Shown here: positions 51,841-64,000 of the stretch, in pieces
How positions within the stretch are numbered: position 1 is the stretch's first letter
How the letters are laid out: each line of letters opens with the position of its first letter
Source of the DNA: Eledone cirrhosa
Taxonomy: Eukaryota
Assembly (NCBI GenBank): GCA_964016885.1
Contig: OZ024745.1
Coordinates: 132,060,001 to 132,124,000 of the forward strand
Reading direction: 5' to 3'
DNA: 64,000 nt
The notes under the pieces: model-generated
Databases searched by the model: none
Seen by the model: the letters and a program-made list of their open reading frames with translations, nothing else
What the model was told of the DNA's origin: nothing
Program-made: the position numbers and the translations under genes

Positions 51841-52024
51841 TAGCTCAAAGTTTTATTTGGAAACCTTTTATCAGAGGTGTTCCATCCATGACCTTCTCAT
51901 CTAACATTCAAGTTGAGTAATTGTGTATATACTACTTCCTAGTTTTTACTATACTTTTGCTTTATCTGAATGTTTATCCACAATAATATTAAGTTAGTGA
52001 CTCTCACTAAAACTTTAAACAAAA

Positions 52025-52385
52025 GGATTTGTCCAACTGCTTCCTCTTCACACTGGTCACCATCAAGACCACAGGCATCTTCAGATCCCGTACTGCCGAG
52101 CTCCTCCATAAAATCAGATTAACTGCAGCCCGAAGTGGGTGGCTGGTGCAGCAAGTGTCACTGGCCATTGTCCGTAGGAATACCTTTGTAGTTTTGTCCA
52201 CGGGGTGCGCCTGAAACACCGCCCCGCCCCAGGCATAGAGCCTATCACCCTCACCTCTTCCCCACTTTCTTCTGTGGCCTCATAGTCTTTGTTTTTCTCT
52301 CCTTTCCCTCTCATTTAAGGGATTTATAGCCTTTTCTTCTACTTTCCTATATAGTCAGATCTGCCCTTCTTTACCCCTTCCCCCT
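52025..52385 (+). pseudogene. CRE-like C-terminal relic plus 3' UTR
   Basis: LVTIKTTGIF...GWLVQQVSLAIVRRNTFVVLSTG*. Confidence 0.7.
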
Positions 52386-52786
52386 AAGAAGTAGTAAACT
52401 GTAAAGTAATATTTAAATACTGACAATAAACCTTTGTCAGTTGTATAGTGCTCCTGCTGTTCATAGTAATAGACTTTACTTTGCCATGGTGCCTATTTAA
52501 ATGGAAGTAGACTGGGTCATTAAGATATATGTGTATTTACAAGGAAAATAATGCACTACTAGGATCAGATTTAAACCACCAACACTTTAATTAGTAGGTA
52601 AGCACCTTGATCAACTGATATTTAATTACAAAATAGTGCTACTATGGTGATAACTAAATTAACTATTTTTATTATTATTTAGACATGTTCAAGAAATGGT
52701 TTAACGCTTTAGTTACCAACCTGGTCAAAAACAGCTATGGTTCTATGAAATAAAACCACCAATTTTACAGGATTCCAATTTAAATT
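52386..52786 (+). repeat. ~400-bp direct repeat, copy 2
   Basis: Nearly identical to 50857-51257. Confidence 0.95.
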
Positions 52787-52985
52787 AAAATCATCCAATT
52801 TCATGTTTGTTAATTATTCAATAAAGAAAAACATATTTAGTGGAAAATTAACATGAACTATTGTTATACTTTGGGAGAGTCATGCTGCCAATAAAAACAC
52901 ACACACCTGTTGATTTACACTTTAATTTATAACAACATTCCAGTTGGTTGGTTTAATAACCGGCTGGTTGTTTATTTGTTTATTA

Positions 52986-55271
52986 CACTGGTCAACAAAA
53001 TTAAATGTATTATACTCATTATGAATGCAAACCAACTGTTTTAGATTAATTTTTCATGCTGATTTCAAAATTTAACTCTTGTATGCAGCACGTATCAGTT
53101 TTTCAGTAGATACATGTAAATATTTACATATTTGTAGATATGAAATCATTAACGTAATAAATAAGGACATATTTTTAGAAAGTAAATGAGTTTATTGAGT
53201 TAAAAATCATCACTATCATTCTACAAAGAGTGAATACACAAAAAAATGGGTCTGACAAAACAGACAAAGTTAGAATAACAGAGTTAGAAACATTGTGATT
53301 TGGATTTCCTGTGGTGTTCCTGATCTGGTTGATCATGGTAAAGTGTCCAACAGTAGTCAGCCAGCATACTGTCATTCTAGAAGCCTTGGTACCGTTTCTC
53401 CATAGCACTAATGTCCTGGTGAAATCTTTCACCATGTTCATCAGACACTGCTCCAAGGTTATCTGTGAAGAAATCCAGATGGGAGTCCAAGAAGTGAACT
53501 TTCAGTGACATGCGAGTAACATTTGCTGAGTAACATTTCAGAAGATTCTTGATGCCATCCTTGTAGTCCATTACCTTCTTGTTGCCCAAGAAATTCTCAC
53601 AGATCCAATTGAAAGCATTCCAGGCAGGCAGTTCCAGTTCATCCAGTATTGTCTTGAAGTTGACATCTTTGAGTACTTCTCTAATTTGGGGTCTGACAAA
53701 GATACCCTCTTTCAACTTTGCCTGTGTGATTTTGGGTAACCTTTCTACGATATACTCAAACCCTCTAGCATTTCTCTTCCCTGGTGTCTTTACAAACTGT
53801 TTCATCAGTCCAAGCTTTAGTTGCAAAGGAAGCAATAAGACATTACTTGGATCTACAAGAGATGTATTCTTGATGCTAGACAGTCCTGGATGGTATGATG
53901 TTCTTGTCTGCTAGTTTGATTCCGAATAATGTCTGTCAGTTGTCCGAATATTCCATAGACACAAGAAACAACAGTATTTTGTGAAACCTGACTGCATTCC
54001 CATAAACTTTCCAATGACTTTTAAATCCCCACATATTTTCCATGAGTATTTTTCATAGACAATGGCATGAAGTAAAAGTTCCATATTCTCATATGATTCA
54101 TGAAGATGAACGGAGTGTGCAATAGGAATGGAAGGCTTCAAATTACCATTATGGAGAAGTACAGCTTTTAAACTTCGTTTTGAAGAGTCAATAAACAAAC
54201 GCCACTCTGCAGGATCATGATTTTGTGATAAACATTCGAAAAGTCCATTGCAAAAGCAAAGCAGGCCTTTAACAGAAAAACACATTTGTAGAACCACATT
54301 TCTCTGCCGAAAATAAGTTATATGAACACCTTGCTCTAGCAGATACTTCTCCTTCAGTCTTGATGCCAACAGTTCTGCTTTATCTTTTGAGAGGGATAGG
54401 TCTCTGACAAGGTCATTCAGTTCAGCTTGGGAAAATATCTGAGGTTCAAAGCTATCATCATCAGCCACGTAATCTTCCTCAACAGCACTATCGGGACAGT
54501 CAACATCATCATCTGATGTTTCAATACCATCATTTGGTGGAACTGGAATTGGCAGACTTCCATTTTGAGGCACAGGTCTCATTGCAGAATCCAAATTTAC
54601 TTTGCAAAAATAACAGTCATTGAAATGGTCTTTCGGCTCCCTCCGTATCATTGGAATGGCAAAAGGCATGGACTTCTTCTTCTTATTGAACCAGTCATGT
54701 AAGCCATTTGAGCAAGCTGAGCAGATAAAATGTGGTGCCCATAACTTGTCCTGATCTCCAAGAGGACAGTCAAAGTAGAGCTTATAAATCTTCTTGGTCT
54801 CTGGTGTTATTGTACGTTTTTGAGCTTTCACAATAAATTGTCCACAGACAACAAAACACATCAGGACGATTTCTACACTGTCTTGACATTGTTATCACTG
54901 TAAAACAAGTAAGATATTGAAATATTTCATCAGACCAATTATGACTGGACAATTTGAGATGTTGAAATACCTATTTCATCAGAGAAAACTTGATTGGGTA
55001 ATTTAAGATGATGAAATATTGCATCTGAACTATGCAGCAATGAATAATGTAGTTTATTTTAAAGGTATGTTTCCATGATGTAAACGAAATACATGCATAC
55101 ACGTCATTAATTGGAATTTCTATATAATGCATGAGCTAAAACCAAAAAACTTTCTCATCTTGAAAACTGTACGCGATGTCAAAAAACTAATTGTATATTT
55201 GAAATCAGCATTAAAAACTACACTAAGTACAGCTTGACATATGCTTGATGAAAAATACTTCTTGACCAGTG
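52986..55271 (-). mobile_element. Full-length Chapaev3-type (CMC) DNA transposon
   Basis: TTA|CACTGGTCAA ... TTGACCAGTG|TTA (10-bp TIR, 3-bp TSD); subterminal inverted ATGCTGATTTCAAA / TTTGAAATCAGCAT; internal transposase. Confidence 0.88.
53284..54889 (-). pseudogene. Chapaev3-type transposase, disrupted
   Basis: MSRQCRNRPDVFC, GDQDKLWAPH, WRLFIDSSKRSLKAVLLHNGN, ICGDLKV, SDEHGERFHQDI, MLADYCW; frameshift near 54850 and TAG stops at 53911 and 53377. Confidence 0.88.
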
Positions 55272-55829
55272 TTATCAAAGCTCTTTCATCACACATTCTC
55301 TGACCTCTTAGTGACTAATTTGTTATTTTTTGTGTCTCTCCTTTGCTATGTCAGACACCATCTTGTTTTTGTGTGTAAAAAATGAAGTAACATTAACTAC
55401 TTAAACAAAATAAACATCTTTAAATATTTCTATTCAAGCATACAAACCAAAAGATAGCTTTAATGAAGTTACTTGGCCTCCTAGAATTAGTAGTTAAATC
55501 TCCTTCAAATTACTCTCTAATGCCTTATAAAAGGGGAGACACATTAGAAAACATAGAAACAGATAACACGACTGAATTAAAAATAACAAATAAGACCCTA
55601 CAAGAAAATAGAATGTAATAATGCCTCATTACTTCTGAAAGGTCACCTTTCCGAAATGATATGGGAATAAATATGTCACAATGGTGAGTTAGTTATTAAA
55701 AATACTTTCTCTGTTTGTCAGTTTAATTTCTTTTATTATATGTGTTCTTGAAAGATTTAACTGACATCACATTCTGTAAGGCATAAGAAACAGTTGAAGA
55801 GCTGATTATTATTACTATTGATTGGCACT

Positions 55830-57110
55830 ACGCTAAGAGAATATGAGGTGGTGACAGGAGCAAAGATTAACCAGGAAAAGTTAGTGGGCCTGTAGCTTGA
55901 CACCTAGAGAGGCAGGTCCAAGCCACCCAACAGCATTGTCAGGCACTGGACGGATGGACTGGTAAAATTGCTAGGGGTCTGGTTTGCTCCAGACCTCCAG
56001 ATGGCCAGAAACTGGGTTGAGGTGACAAGCAGAGTGGCCTCTCCCACCCAGAAATGGGCTGCGAGAAAGCTATCCCGGAAAGGTCGCACAGAGGTGGCAA
56101 ACACGTACATCGCATCCATCATCTACTGCTGCCTGACCATCGTGCCTTGACCTAAGCCTTGGAGTACTTGCTTTGGAGTACTTGCTTTTTCGCTTTTTGT
56201 GGAAGGAATGCAATCCGATGATCAGGCGGTCCATCTGCTGTCAACACCTGCTATGTGGAGGACTGGGCATGCCGTGACTGATAATGCACAGACATGCGCT
56301 GAAACTACGACATTTCCAGATTTTCCCAGATGATGAACAGGTGTGGTTGCCTTTCACAAGGCACGTTTTTCCTTTGTTCATCTCCTTGATGAAGCTGCAA
56401 TCCTGAGTGAAGTGGAGACTGAGAGGGAGCGCTGGGAAACCGGAATGTCTCCTAGTGCTCACTGCCCTTAGCCAATCAGGCATTGCAATTGGTGGAAACA
56501 CTACCTTGGCTTTCTATAGCAGGTTAATGGAGGGCAAGAGCAACGATGTTCTTGAGAAAAATCTGGGTGTCGACAAAAGCCAACTAGCTATTCTCTTCGG
56601 GAGGGCTTTCGGTCTAGGGCCAATGGATAACTTCCAGAAATCCCTGGCCTGGCAGTGCTACCAGAGAGTGTTGCCAGTTTGAGATAAACTTTACAGGTAT
56701 GGAAGAGCCATCAGCCGGACCTGTCCAAGATGAATGCAGGGCGACAAGACCATCCTGCATTCACTCGTCCAATGTCCGAGTATTGCCAACTTGTAGGTTT
56801 ACGTCACACATCTGCTGTCATGTGTAGGACAAATCCAGCCCCCCTCCTTTAACCAGGAGAGGCAAGCAGTTTTTATCTGCCTGGTGACCATGATGAATGA
56901 AATCATGGTGGACACATTTGAAAGGGTTGATGATGGGCACTTTCCTCTTCGGTGACACTTTCATTAACTTTTTCTGGTTTCACATGAAAAAGAAAATCAA
57001 GGTGGAGAGGGAAGTGCTGCTTTCCAGCCAGTTTATTGAACAGTGGTGAGAGAGGCAAGAATGGCCCGTGTGAATTGGCCTACCCTGAGTGTATGCCTGT
57101 AGTACTGAAG
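55830..57110 (+). pseudogene. Tx1/L1-clade LINE ORF2 C-terminal relic
   Basis: TGAKINQEK, KLLGVWF, WAARKLSRKGR, GGLGMP, LAWQCYQRVLPV and the TCPR..KTILHSLVQCP zinc knuckle; many stops. Confidence 0.82.
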
Positions 57111-57184
57111 GAGGACAACTGGGAGAGAGCACTTGCCCTACTGGTCAGGGTGATCGTGGCATTTCATTCTAAGTTTTGTTTCCA

Positions 57185-59620
57185 CAAAAATAATTTATTC
57201 TTAAATTGTTTCATAGATTTTGTTATAAGAAGCAGGTCATCAACATACAAGTTACCAAAGACAGCTTCTCTTAAGCTTCTCTTTTATGACCTGGAGATCT
57301 ATAATAAACAGGTGAGGGTGAAGAAGGAGTTTTGATGAACCCCCACATTGAATTCCTCACTAAACTCATGACCTACTCTCACTGGTAGCTTCTCTGTACA
57401 TATTTGCTTTACTCTCACAAGCCATTCATTTCTATCTAATAACAGATTGTTGTAAGCTGTCAAAGGCCTTTTCCACATCTATAAAAGTTAGGGATAGTGG
57501 CTTACACTTGGCTAGGAATTACAACCCTTGTAGTTGTCTTACTAAGAAGAGAGCCTCTGTAGTGCTCCTTCCTGGCATAAAACCAAACTACATGTCACCT
57601 AATTTGAATTTTTCCCTAATTAGTTGTGCTAATACTTTTTTCTGATAATTTCATAACATGAACCATGAAATTCATGCTTGTGTAGTTGCTCCATTCTAGA
57701 ACATCACCTTTTCTCTAGTAGCAATTAATGATTACACCACCACACAAATTATTGGGAATGAGATCATCTTGTATTAGGTGATTAATTATCTGAGTGACTA
57801 GTTTGACTCCTACTTCCCCAGATAAATTAAACCTCTCCATAACCATCTCTGATGGTTTAAAAGCTTAACCATTTTTCATCTCCCTGATTGATTAGTTGAC
57901 ACAATAACTGCCAATTTCAATAAACAGTCTTTTTGAAGAGTCTATTGAGGGTAGTCCCTCTCATAGTAGCATTTCTAGGTCTCTTTCTTCTGGGTGTCAT
58001 TGAGGCCATGCATGTTGCTGTCATTCCAAATACACTTCTCAACAACATCCTGATTCATACTGACACATTGCTTCACAATGGGTAACATTTTATGATGAGG
58101 CAGGTTGGAGATCCTTGGTCTTGCTGGCACTCCAATCAATGGAATGGCTAGCTTCTGAAATTAACATGCAAGGGACTGAGCATTCCAAAGACATACATAC
58201 CATTAACATAATTCTCAGGGAGATTCAGCATGTTCAGAATCTGACAAGGCTGGATCTTCACATCACAGTTCATTATCAATTGTCTTGCTATCTGCTTCTC
58301 TGTGTATTAAGTAAGCTTGTCATCTACCTTCACTCTTAACTACTTGGTATTGCTCTTGGTTGCCTCCATTTCCCAGTCTTCCCATGCCTGTCTCTTAACT
58401 TCAATAGCTCTATCTACAGATGTATAATACTCTTTCACCACAAAGTCAGCTTTCATCTTGCTGGTTGAATCAGGTTGTACTGTAGAAACTTCCAGTTGTC
58501 ATCTATGTCTTATATATCTGACTCCACCTCTTTCTCACCACACATATCATGTAATTCTTTTCTAAACATATATTTAATAGAAAGGTCTTTTAGCTTCTTC
58601 AGATTGCCCCACATTTCTTCTGAGCATCAGCGAGGCTCAGTGCACCAGCGATATTCTGAACATATTTCTCCCCAACACTGACTCATTGCTTTGCAATATA
58701 GAACTCAGACCATTGATCCTCACATCTTCATATCAACTTCTCTATGTGCTTTGTAAACTTGTCATCTAGCTTCCATTTTAATGACATGATATTGCTCTTT
58801 GCTGTCCCAATTTTAATAACCTTTCTATGTCTGTTTCATATTTCTAATAGTACTGATCTACAACTATGTCACCTTTTGTCTGGCTGGTACCTTTATCTAG
58901 TCACAGTTCTCATCAGTAACCTGAAGCAGTTTGTGTCATAGCAACTTCCAATTAAACTCTCTCATATCTACTTCTTCTCCTGCATATGCATCACATAGAG
59001 ATTTTCCAAATTTATATTTAATAGAGACATCCTTTAGCTTCTATACTTTCCCTCAACAGATTGACTTGCATTCCACCTGATTCTTATTCTGATAACACTA
59101 ATAACAAATGTTTGTTGCATGGTACATTCATAATAATCTTTCTATCTCATTTTCTAATGAGCATGAAGTCAATGTAGCTTATATGTTTGCCTGATTGGTA
59201 GGTGATCATGAGGCTGGCTGGTTTCCTGAGCTATATCCTTAGCCACTGTACACTCTGGCATAGCCACCAGGGAGCTGTACAACATGTCCCTTAAAATTGT
59301 TAGCTAGGATGATGAAGTCTCTGCTGTCTGTTACTAAACTTATCTGAAAGAGGTCACCATAGAACCGATGCTTTTCTTCTCTACATATCTTGGTCATGAT
59401 GTACAAGTGGAGATAACTGTTGTCATTTTACTTGATAACTCTGTTACTTAAACTATCTAAATTATTTCATCTATCCATTTCTCAGTAAAATGACTATACC
59501 ATTTATTGCATCATCTTGTCTGACCCAGAGAGCTTATATCTGTACTGTTTGTTTGTGAGGGGTCTGGCTGATCTACCCCTCCTCTTCACTCCTTGTATAC
59601 ATCACATGTAAACCTCTTTT
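57185..59620 (-). pseudogene. Old RTE LINE relic spanning APE endonuclease and RT
   Basis: Minus strand ITYQSGKHISYIDFML (APE), FGFMPGRSTTEALFLVRQL, FIDVEKAFD, YVDDLLL; heavily frameshifted. Confidence 0.85.
58092..58255 (-). mobile_element. SINE 3'-part fragment nested in the RTE relic
   Basis: Near-identical to 62074-62235. Confidence 0.7.
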
Positions 59621-60439
59621 ATAAGAGGAAATTATAGATAATTTTCATGCTACCATGGCTCAAATAGATTTTTTGCTGTATTTGGAGCAATTTTTTTTAC
59701 AATTGAAAACACATTTTTTTATGCCTAACGATTGAACTATAACGGTTAAGAATTTGGAAGCAAGTAAAGAAAAAAATAGTTTCCTTGTTCAAAAATACAA
59801 TACAAAAGTTGTACTGTGGTTTGAACTTGTGATCATATGGTGAATTGTCGACAGTTTTAATCATATGACCATTATATCTTCTTTTTAGTATATAAAATTC
59901 ATTTCTCCCTCTTGTAAGTAGAATTTCTTACATGTCTTAGTAGTTATTTCCAAAAGAATAAATAGTTAATATTTAGAAAACAGAAATATGTAGAATTAAG
60001 TGATCTGTCTTGAGAATAGCATCAATAGAACAGAATAGCATCATGATTGTCGTCATCAGTTTTTATGTCCATTTTTACATAGAACAAGAGTTTTTGTGGT
60101 TGAACTGTTTTATAGCCAGCTGCCCTTCCTGATGCAAACCTATACTATAGTAAGTGTGGTATATATGTAGCTAAATGTTCATTGAACTGCTACACTGCGT
60201 GTAGGATTGTTTATAGTGGACTTAGATAATGTTAGAACTTGATTTTTTAAATATTGTTGATATGACATTTGCAGTGACTGGGTATATACACAGACACACA
60301 TACACAAACAAGCATACATATATATATATATAAGTGGTGTGGGATGCTTAAAGCATCCGTAAGCGGTATGCCGTTTGAGCACTCGATGCTTTTACAGAGT
60401 AGAGTATAATATCACATAAGAAACGGAGAATCAGAGCAG

Positions 60440-61545
60440 TCAATTACATATGTATTACTTGCAACCAAATGTTAAGCAACAGGCCATGAAGCCTTCAAGA
60501 TTAAGCTATCATTATATTCTAAGCATGAGCGGTGGATTGGCAGTATCGGTAGAGGGTCGGCTACCATGCTTTGAAGCATAGAGTTGCGTCCCTTTATGAT
60601 CTGAGTTCAAATCTCGCCGAGATTAACTTTGCCTTTTATCCTTACAGGGTCGATGAAATAAAGTACCAGTAATGTACTGGATAATTGCTGGCCTTGTGCC
60701 AAAAGTAGAAACAATTATATTCTAAGCATGCTGACCAGTAGGAGAAACCTTCGTCATATTTCTTGCAACTCCAGATCTCATTTGAAAAATGGAAAATGCT
60801 GACCTCGGAATTTCAGAAAGCAGCTACGCATAAGATAACGGAATAAATATGTTGTACAACATTGCTTTACAGGCCACAAAGTCCTGAATGTCCTACACTA
60901 TAGGAGAAACATTACTTTCACCTATTAATGAAGAAGTTCTCTCGACTGTAATGCATAAAAAGCCTGACACAATTATGAAGACAATTCCATTTAATAATAA
61001 CACAATTTCTTGACGTATAAATAAAATGGCCACTCTGGAATTATGAATTTTCCATACAAGTTGACAGATCAACAGTTATGGGTATTCAAGATGATGGTGT
61101 ATGTTGGTTTTTTTAAAATGAGAATATTCAACCTTGAGATGCTATTTACTGATCAATTGTTTTTGACTCTGTTTTAGAGTTATTGAAGCTATTTTTTAAC
61201 GATACATAACACCTCATTCAACAATATTGTTGCCTGTCCATCTGATGGAGTGACTGCTGTGGTCGGTAGATAGAGAGAATTCTCTTCTCTCTTAAAACTG
61301 TTTTAACAGTTCACACTGTGACTCACTGGCAACATTTAGTGGCATAAAATACCCATGACAAGCTTAATGATGTACTGCAGCTAAAATCAAATTCTTTGAC
61401 TGACCGAATTTTCTGTTAACTGTTCTTTGATAATGATGATGACTATGTGAGTCTTTTGTACTATATTAAAGTACAACAGCTGTCAAAATATAATTGCATT
61501 GTCCATTTTGTCAAACTGTTTGATACAATAATATTTTTTCGCAAT
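60440..61545 (+). pseudogene. hAT (Buster/ZBED5-like) transposase relic interrupted by a SINE
   Basis: CITCNQMLSN..AMKPSRL..H..SKH (BED finger), YTIGETLLSP, IPFNNNTIS*RINKMA, SDGVTAVVG, SLLYYIKVQQLSK. Confidence 0.78.
60528..60713 (+). mobile_element. Full-length SINE family B with 17-bp TSD
   Basis: ATTATATTCTAAGCATG at 60511-60527 and 60714-60730. Confidence 0.9.
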
Positions 61546-61659
61546 ATTCCACCATCCACTTCTCCAATTACTTCAAAATGTGATATTTTCTCCTTAGCGA
61601 CATATTTGCTAACCCTAACCATAAAACTAACCTTGACCATCAAACTAAATTATATCCTT

Positions 61660-61850
61660 TATAGTTAAATTTAACGACTCACAGAGATGATGACAAAGGA
61701 TTGTGATGTGTGGAGAGATATTGTGTTGAGAAGGACCCATCCAACCCCTGCAAGGGTGGAAAAGTGGATGTGTGGAGAGATATTGTGTTGAGAAGGACCC
61801 ATCCAACCCCTGCAAGGGTGCAAAAGTGGATGTGATGATGATGATGATGA
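61660..61850 (+). mobile_element. RTE 3' end with ~62-bp tandem duplication and (GAT)n tail
   Basis: LTEMMTKDCDVWRDIVLRRT runs directly into CCAACCCCTGCAAGGGTGGAAAAGTGGA, present twice. Confidence 0.65.
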
Positions 61851-62071
61851 CAGTTTTAAATGGTCAAGTTTGCTTTTACTTGTTCTTTAATACAGTATTA
61901 GCAGCAGCAGCTGCCACATAAGTCAGCGTTATTTACTCCCCCCCCCCACTTGTATTCTTTACTATATCATAAAAAGTCAGTCTGCGAACCAGTAACAGAG
62001 TTTACCAAACATTCTTGGAAAACTTCTGAATATACACAAGTGGGTGGGGGAAATATTTCCATGTGAAAGTG

Positions 62072-62370
62072 AGTGATGAGGCAGGTTGGAGACCCCTGGT
62101 CTTACCGGCACTCCAATCAATGGAACGGCTAGCTTCTGAAATTGACATGTAAGTGGCTGAGCATTCCAAAGACATACATACCATTAACGTAATTCTCAGG
62201 GAGATTCAGCATGACACAGAATCTGACAAGGCCAGTTCTTTGAATTACAGGTACAACTCATTTTTGCCAGCTGAATTGACTGGAGCAATATGAAATAAAG
62301 TGACTTGCACAGTGGGTGCCAGACCTTACGATTGTGAGCCAAATACCCTAACCCCAAAGCCACATGCCTT
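62072..62370 (-). mobile_element. CORE-like tRNA-derived SINE with a third type of 3' part
   Basis: Minus strand AAGGCATGTGGCTTTGGGGTTAGGG...CAAGTCACTTTATTTCATATTGCTCCAG. Confidence 0.7.
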
Positions 62371-62894
62371 AACACCCCTAAAACATGCTAAAAGCAACCA
62401 AGTCTGATATGTTAGGCAAAAGTCAATGTATTAGACCTATCACCCTACAAAGGTTAACTAAAACAACAGGAAGGCCTGACGTGTGAAATTAATGGATTAT
62501 ATTGAAGGGAATATGATAGCAGTGAATTGAAACTAGTCTTCAACACCATGACAGTGTTAATAGCAGTTTTATGATGTAACCAATACTAAAACCTGTCTCT
62601 TTACTTGGAAATAGTTAGGAAACTTTCTCCATATTATGTTTATGTATTCTATATTTTTTTTGGTTTTTACTTTATTTCAACCTTAGCACTATCAGTTGAT
62701 TACATCTCGGTAGGAAGATAATAAAAGGAAAATAATCAGGAACTAACTAATGACTCTAAGAGAATTTAATTTCCTGCACAGTGGCCAAGAGAGCCAAAGA
62801 ATATGGTTAAATGGTATTGTGACTTTCCAAGTTATAGGGAGGTAAAAATTAATGTTGCTCGTGATGTGAGCAACATGTGTATTGAGTCAGGAGT

Positions 62895-62926
62895 GAAGAG
62901 AGAGAATGTGTGTGTGAAAGAGTGAG

Positions 62927-62978
<52 letters not shown>

Positions 62979-64000
62979 AAAGAGTGAGGGAGAGTGTGTG
63001 TGTGTGAGAGAAAGAGTGAGGGAGTGTGTGTGTATGTGTGTGTGTGTGTGTGTGTGTGAGAAAGAGTGAGGGAGAGTGTGTGTGTGTGAGAGAAAGAGTG
63101 AGGGAGTGTGTGTGTATGTGTGTGTGAGAAAGAGTGAGGGAGAGTGTGTGTGTGTGTGAGAAAGAGTGAGGGAGTGTGTGTGTGTGTGTGTGTGTGTGAG
63201 AAAGAGTGAGGGAGAGTGTGTGTATGTGTGTGTGTGTGTGAGAAATAGTGAGGGAGAGTGTATGTGTGTGAGAAAGAGTGAGGGTGTGTGTATGTGTGTG
63301 TGTGTGGGAGAAAGAGTGAGGGACAGTGTGTGTGTGTGAGAAAGAGTAAGGGAGAGTGTGTATGTGTGTGTGTGAGAGAAAGAGTGAGGGAGAGTGTGTG
63401 TATGTGTGTGTGTGTGAGAGAAAGAGTGAGGGAGAGTGTGTGTATGTGTGTGTGTGTGAGAAAGAGTGAGGGAGAGTGTGTGTGTGTATGTGTGTGAGAA
63501 AGAGTGAGTGAGAGTGTGTGTGTGTGTGTGTGTGAGAAAGAGTGAGGGAGTGTGTGTGTGTGTGTATGTGTGTGAGAAAGAGTGAGGGAGAGTGTGTGTA
63601 TGTGTGTGTGTGTGAGAAAGAGTGAGGGAGAGTGTGTGTATGTGTGTGTGTGTGTGAGAAAGCGTGAGGGAGAGTGTGTGTATGTGTGTGTGCGTAAGAG
63701 AAAGAGTGAGGCAAAGTGTGTGTGTGTGTGAGAAAGAGTGAGGGAGAGTGTGTGTGTATGTGTGTGAGAAAGAGTGAGGGAGAGTGTGTGTGTGTGTGTG
63801 TGTCAGAAAGAGTGAGGGTGTGTGTGTGTGAGAGAAAGAGTGAGGGAGAGTGTGTGTGTGTGTGTGTGCGTGTGAGAAAGAGTGAGGGAGTGTGTGTGTG
63901 TGTGTGTGAGAAAGAGTGAGGGAGAGTGTGTGTATGTGTGCGTGCGTGTGAGAAAGATTGAGGAAGTGTGTGTGTGTGTGTGAGAGAAAGAGTGAGGTAG
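62895..64000. repeat. Compound satellite GAGAAAGAGTGAGGGAGA-(GT)n running off the window end
   Basis: Direct inspection. Confidence 0.97.

Noticed and set aside
50857-52786. LTR retrotransposon or TRIM
   Set aside because: No TG/CA termini, PBS, PPT or TSD; the interior consists of unrelated SINE and CRE fragments.

Overview
AT-rich, repeat-dominated eukaryotic DNA with no host protein-coding exon that I can support. The repeat spectrum ((TA)n/(CA)n microsatellites, tRNA-derived CORE-like SINEs with RTE-type tails, RTE LINEs) suggests a mollusc, probably an octopus; this is inference. The long ORFs in the track are either repeat artefacts or retro/DNA-transposon relics. Contents: several RTE-clade LINE fragments (one family carries a C4HC3 PHD-type finger inside the RT), CRE-like, HERO-like and Tx1/L1-like relics, a full-length Chapaev3-type DNA transposon with TIRs and TTA TSD, a hAT (Buster-type) transposase relic, MITEs, two SINE families and many minisatellites, including a 4.4-kb 57-bp array. 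The most interesting layer is invisible in the ORF track: six minimal type-I hammerhead ribozyme motifs with intact cores (plus about five degenerate ones) in Penelope-like element termini next to (TA)n tracts, several in inverted arrangements. One terminates a GIY-YIG endonuclease-bearing element with a ~1.5-kb 3' UTR. In three divergent families the hammerhead is followed by a conserved bulged hairpin (UACUC-stem-loop-2 nt bulge-GAGUGCU) and a terminal hairpin, a candidate undescribed RNA cis-element. All family assignments are by eye, without database searches, and coordinates of degenerate relics are approximate.
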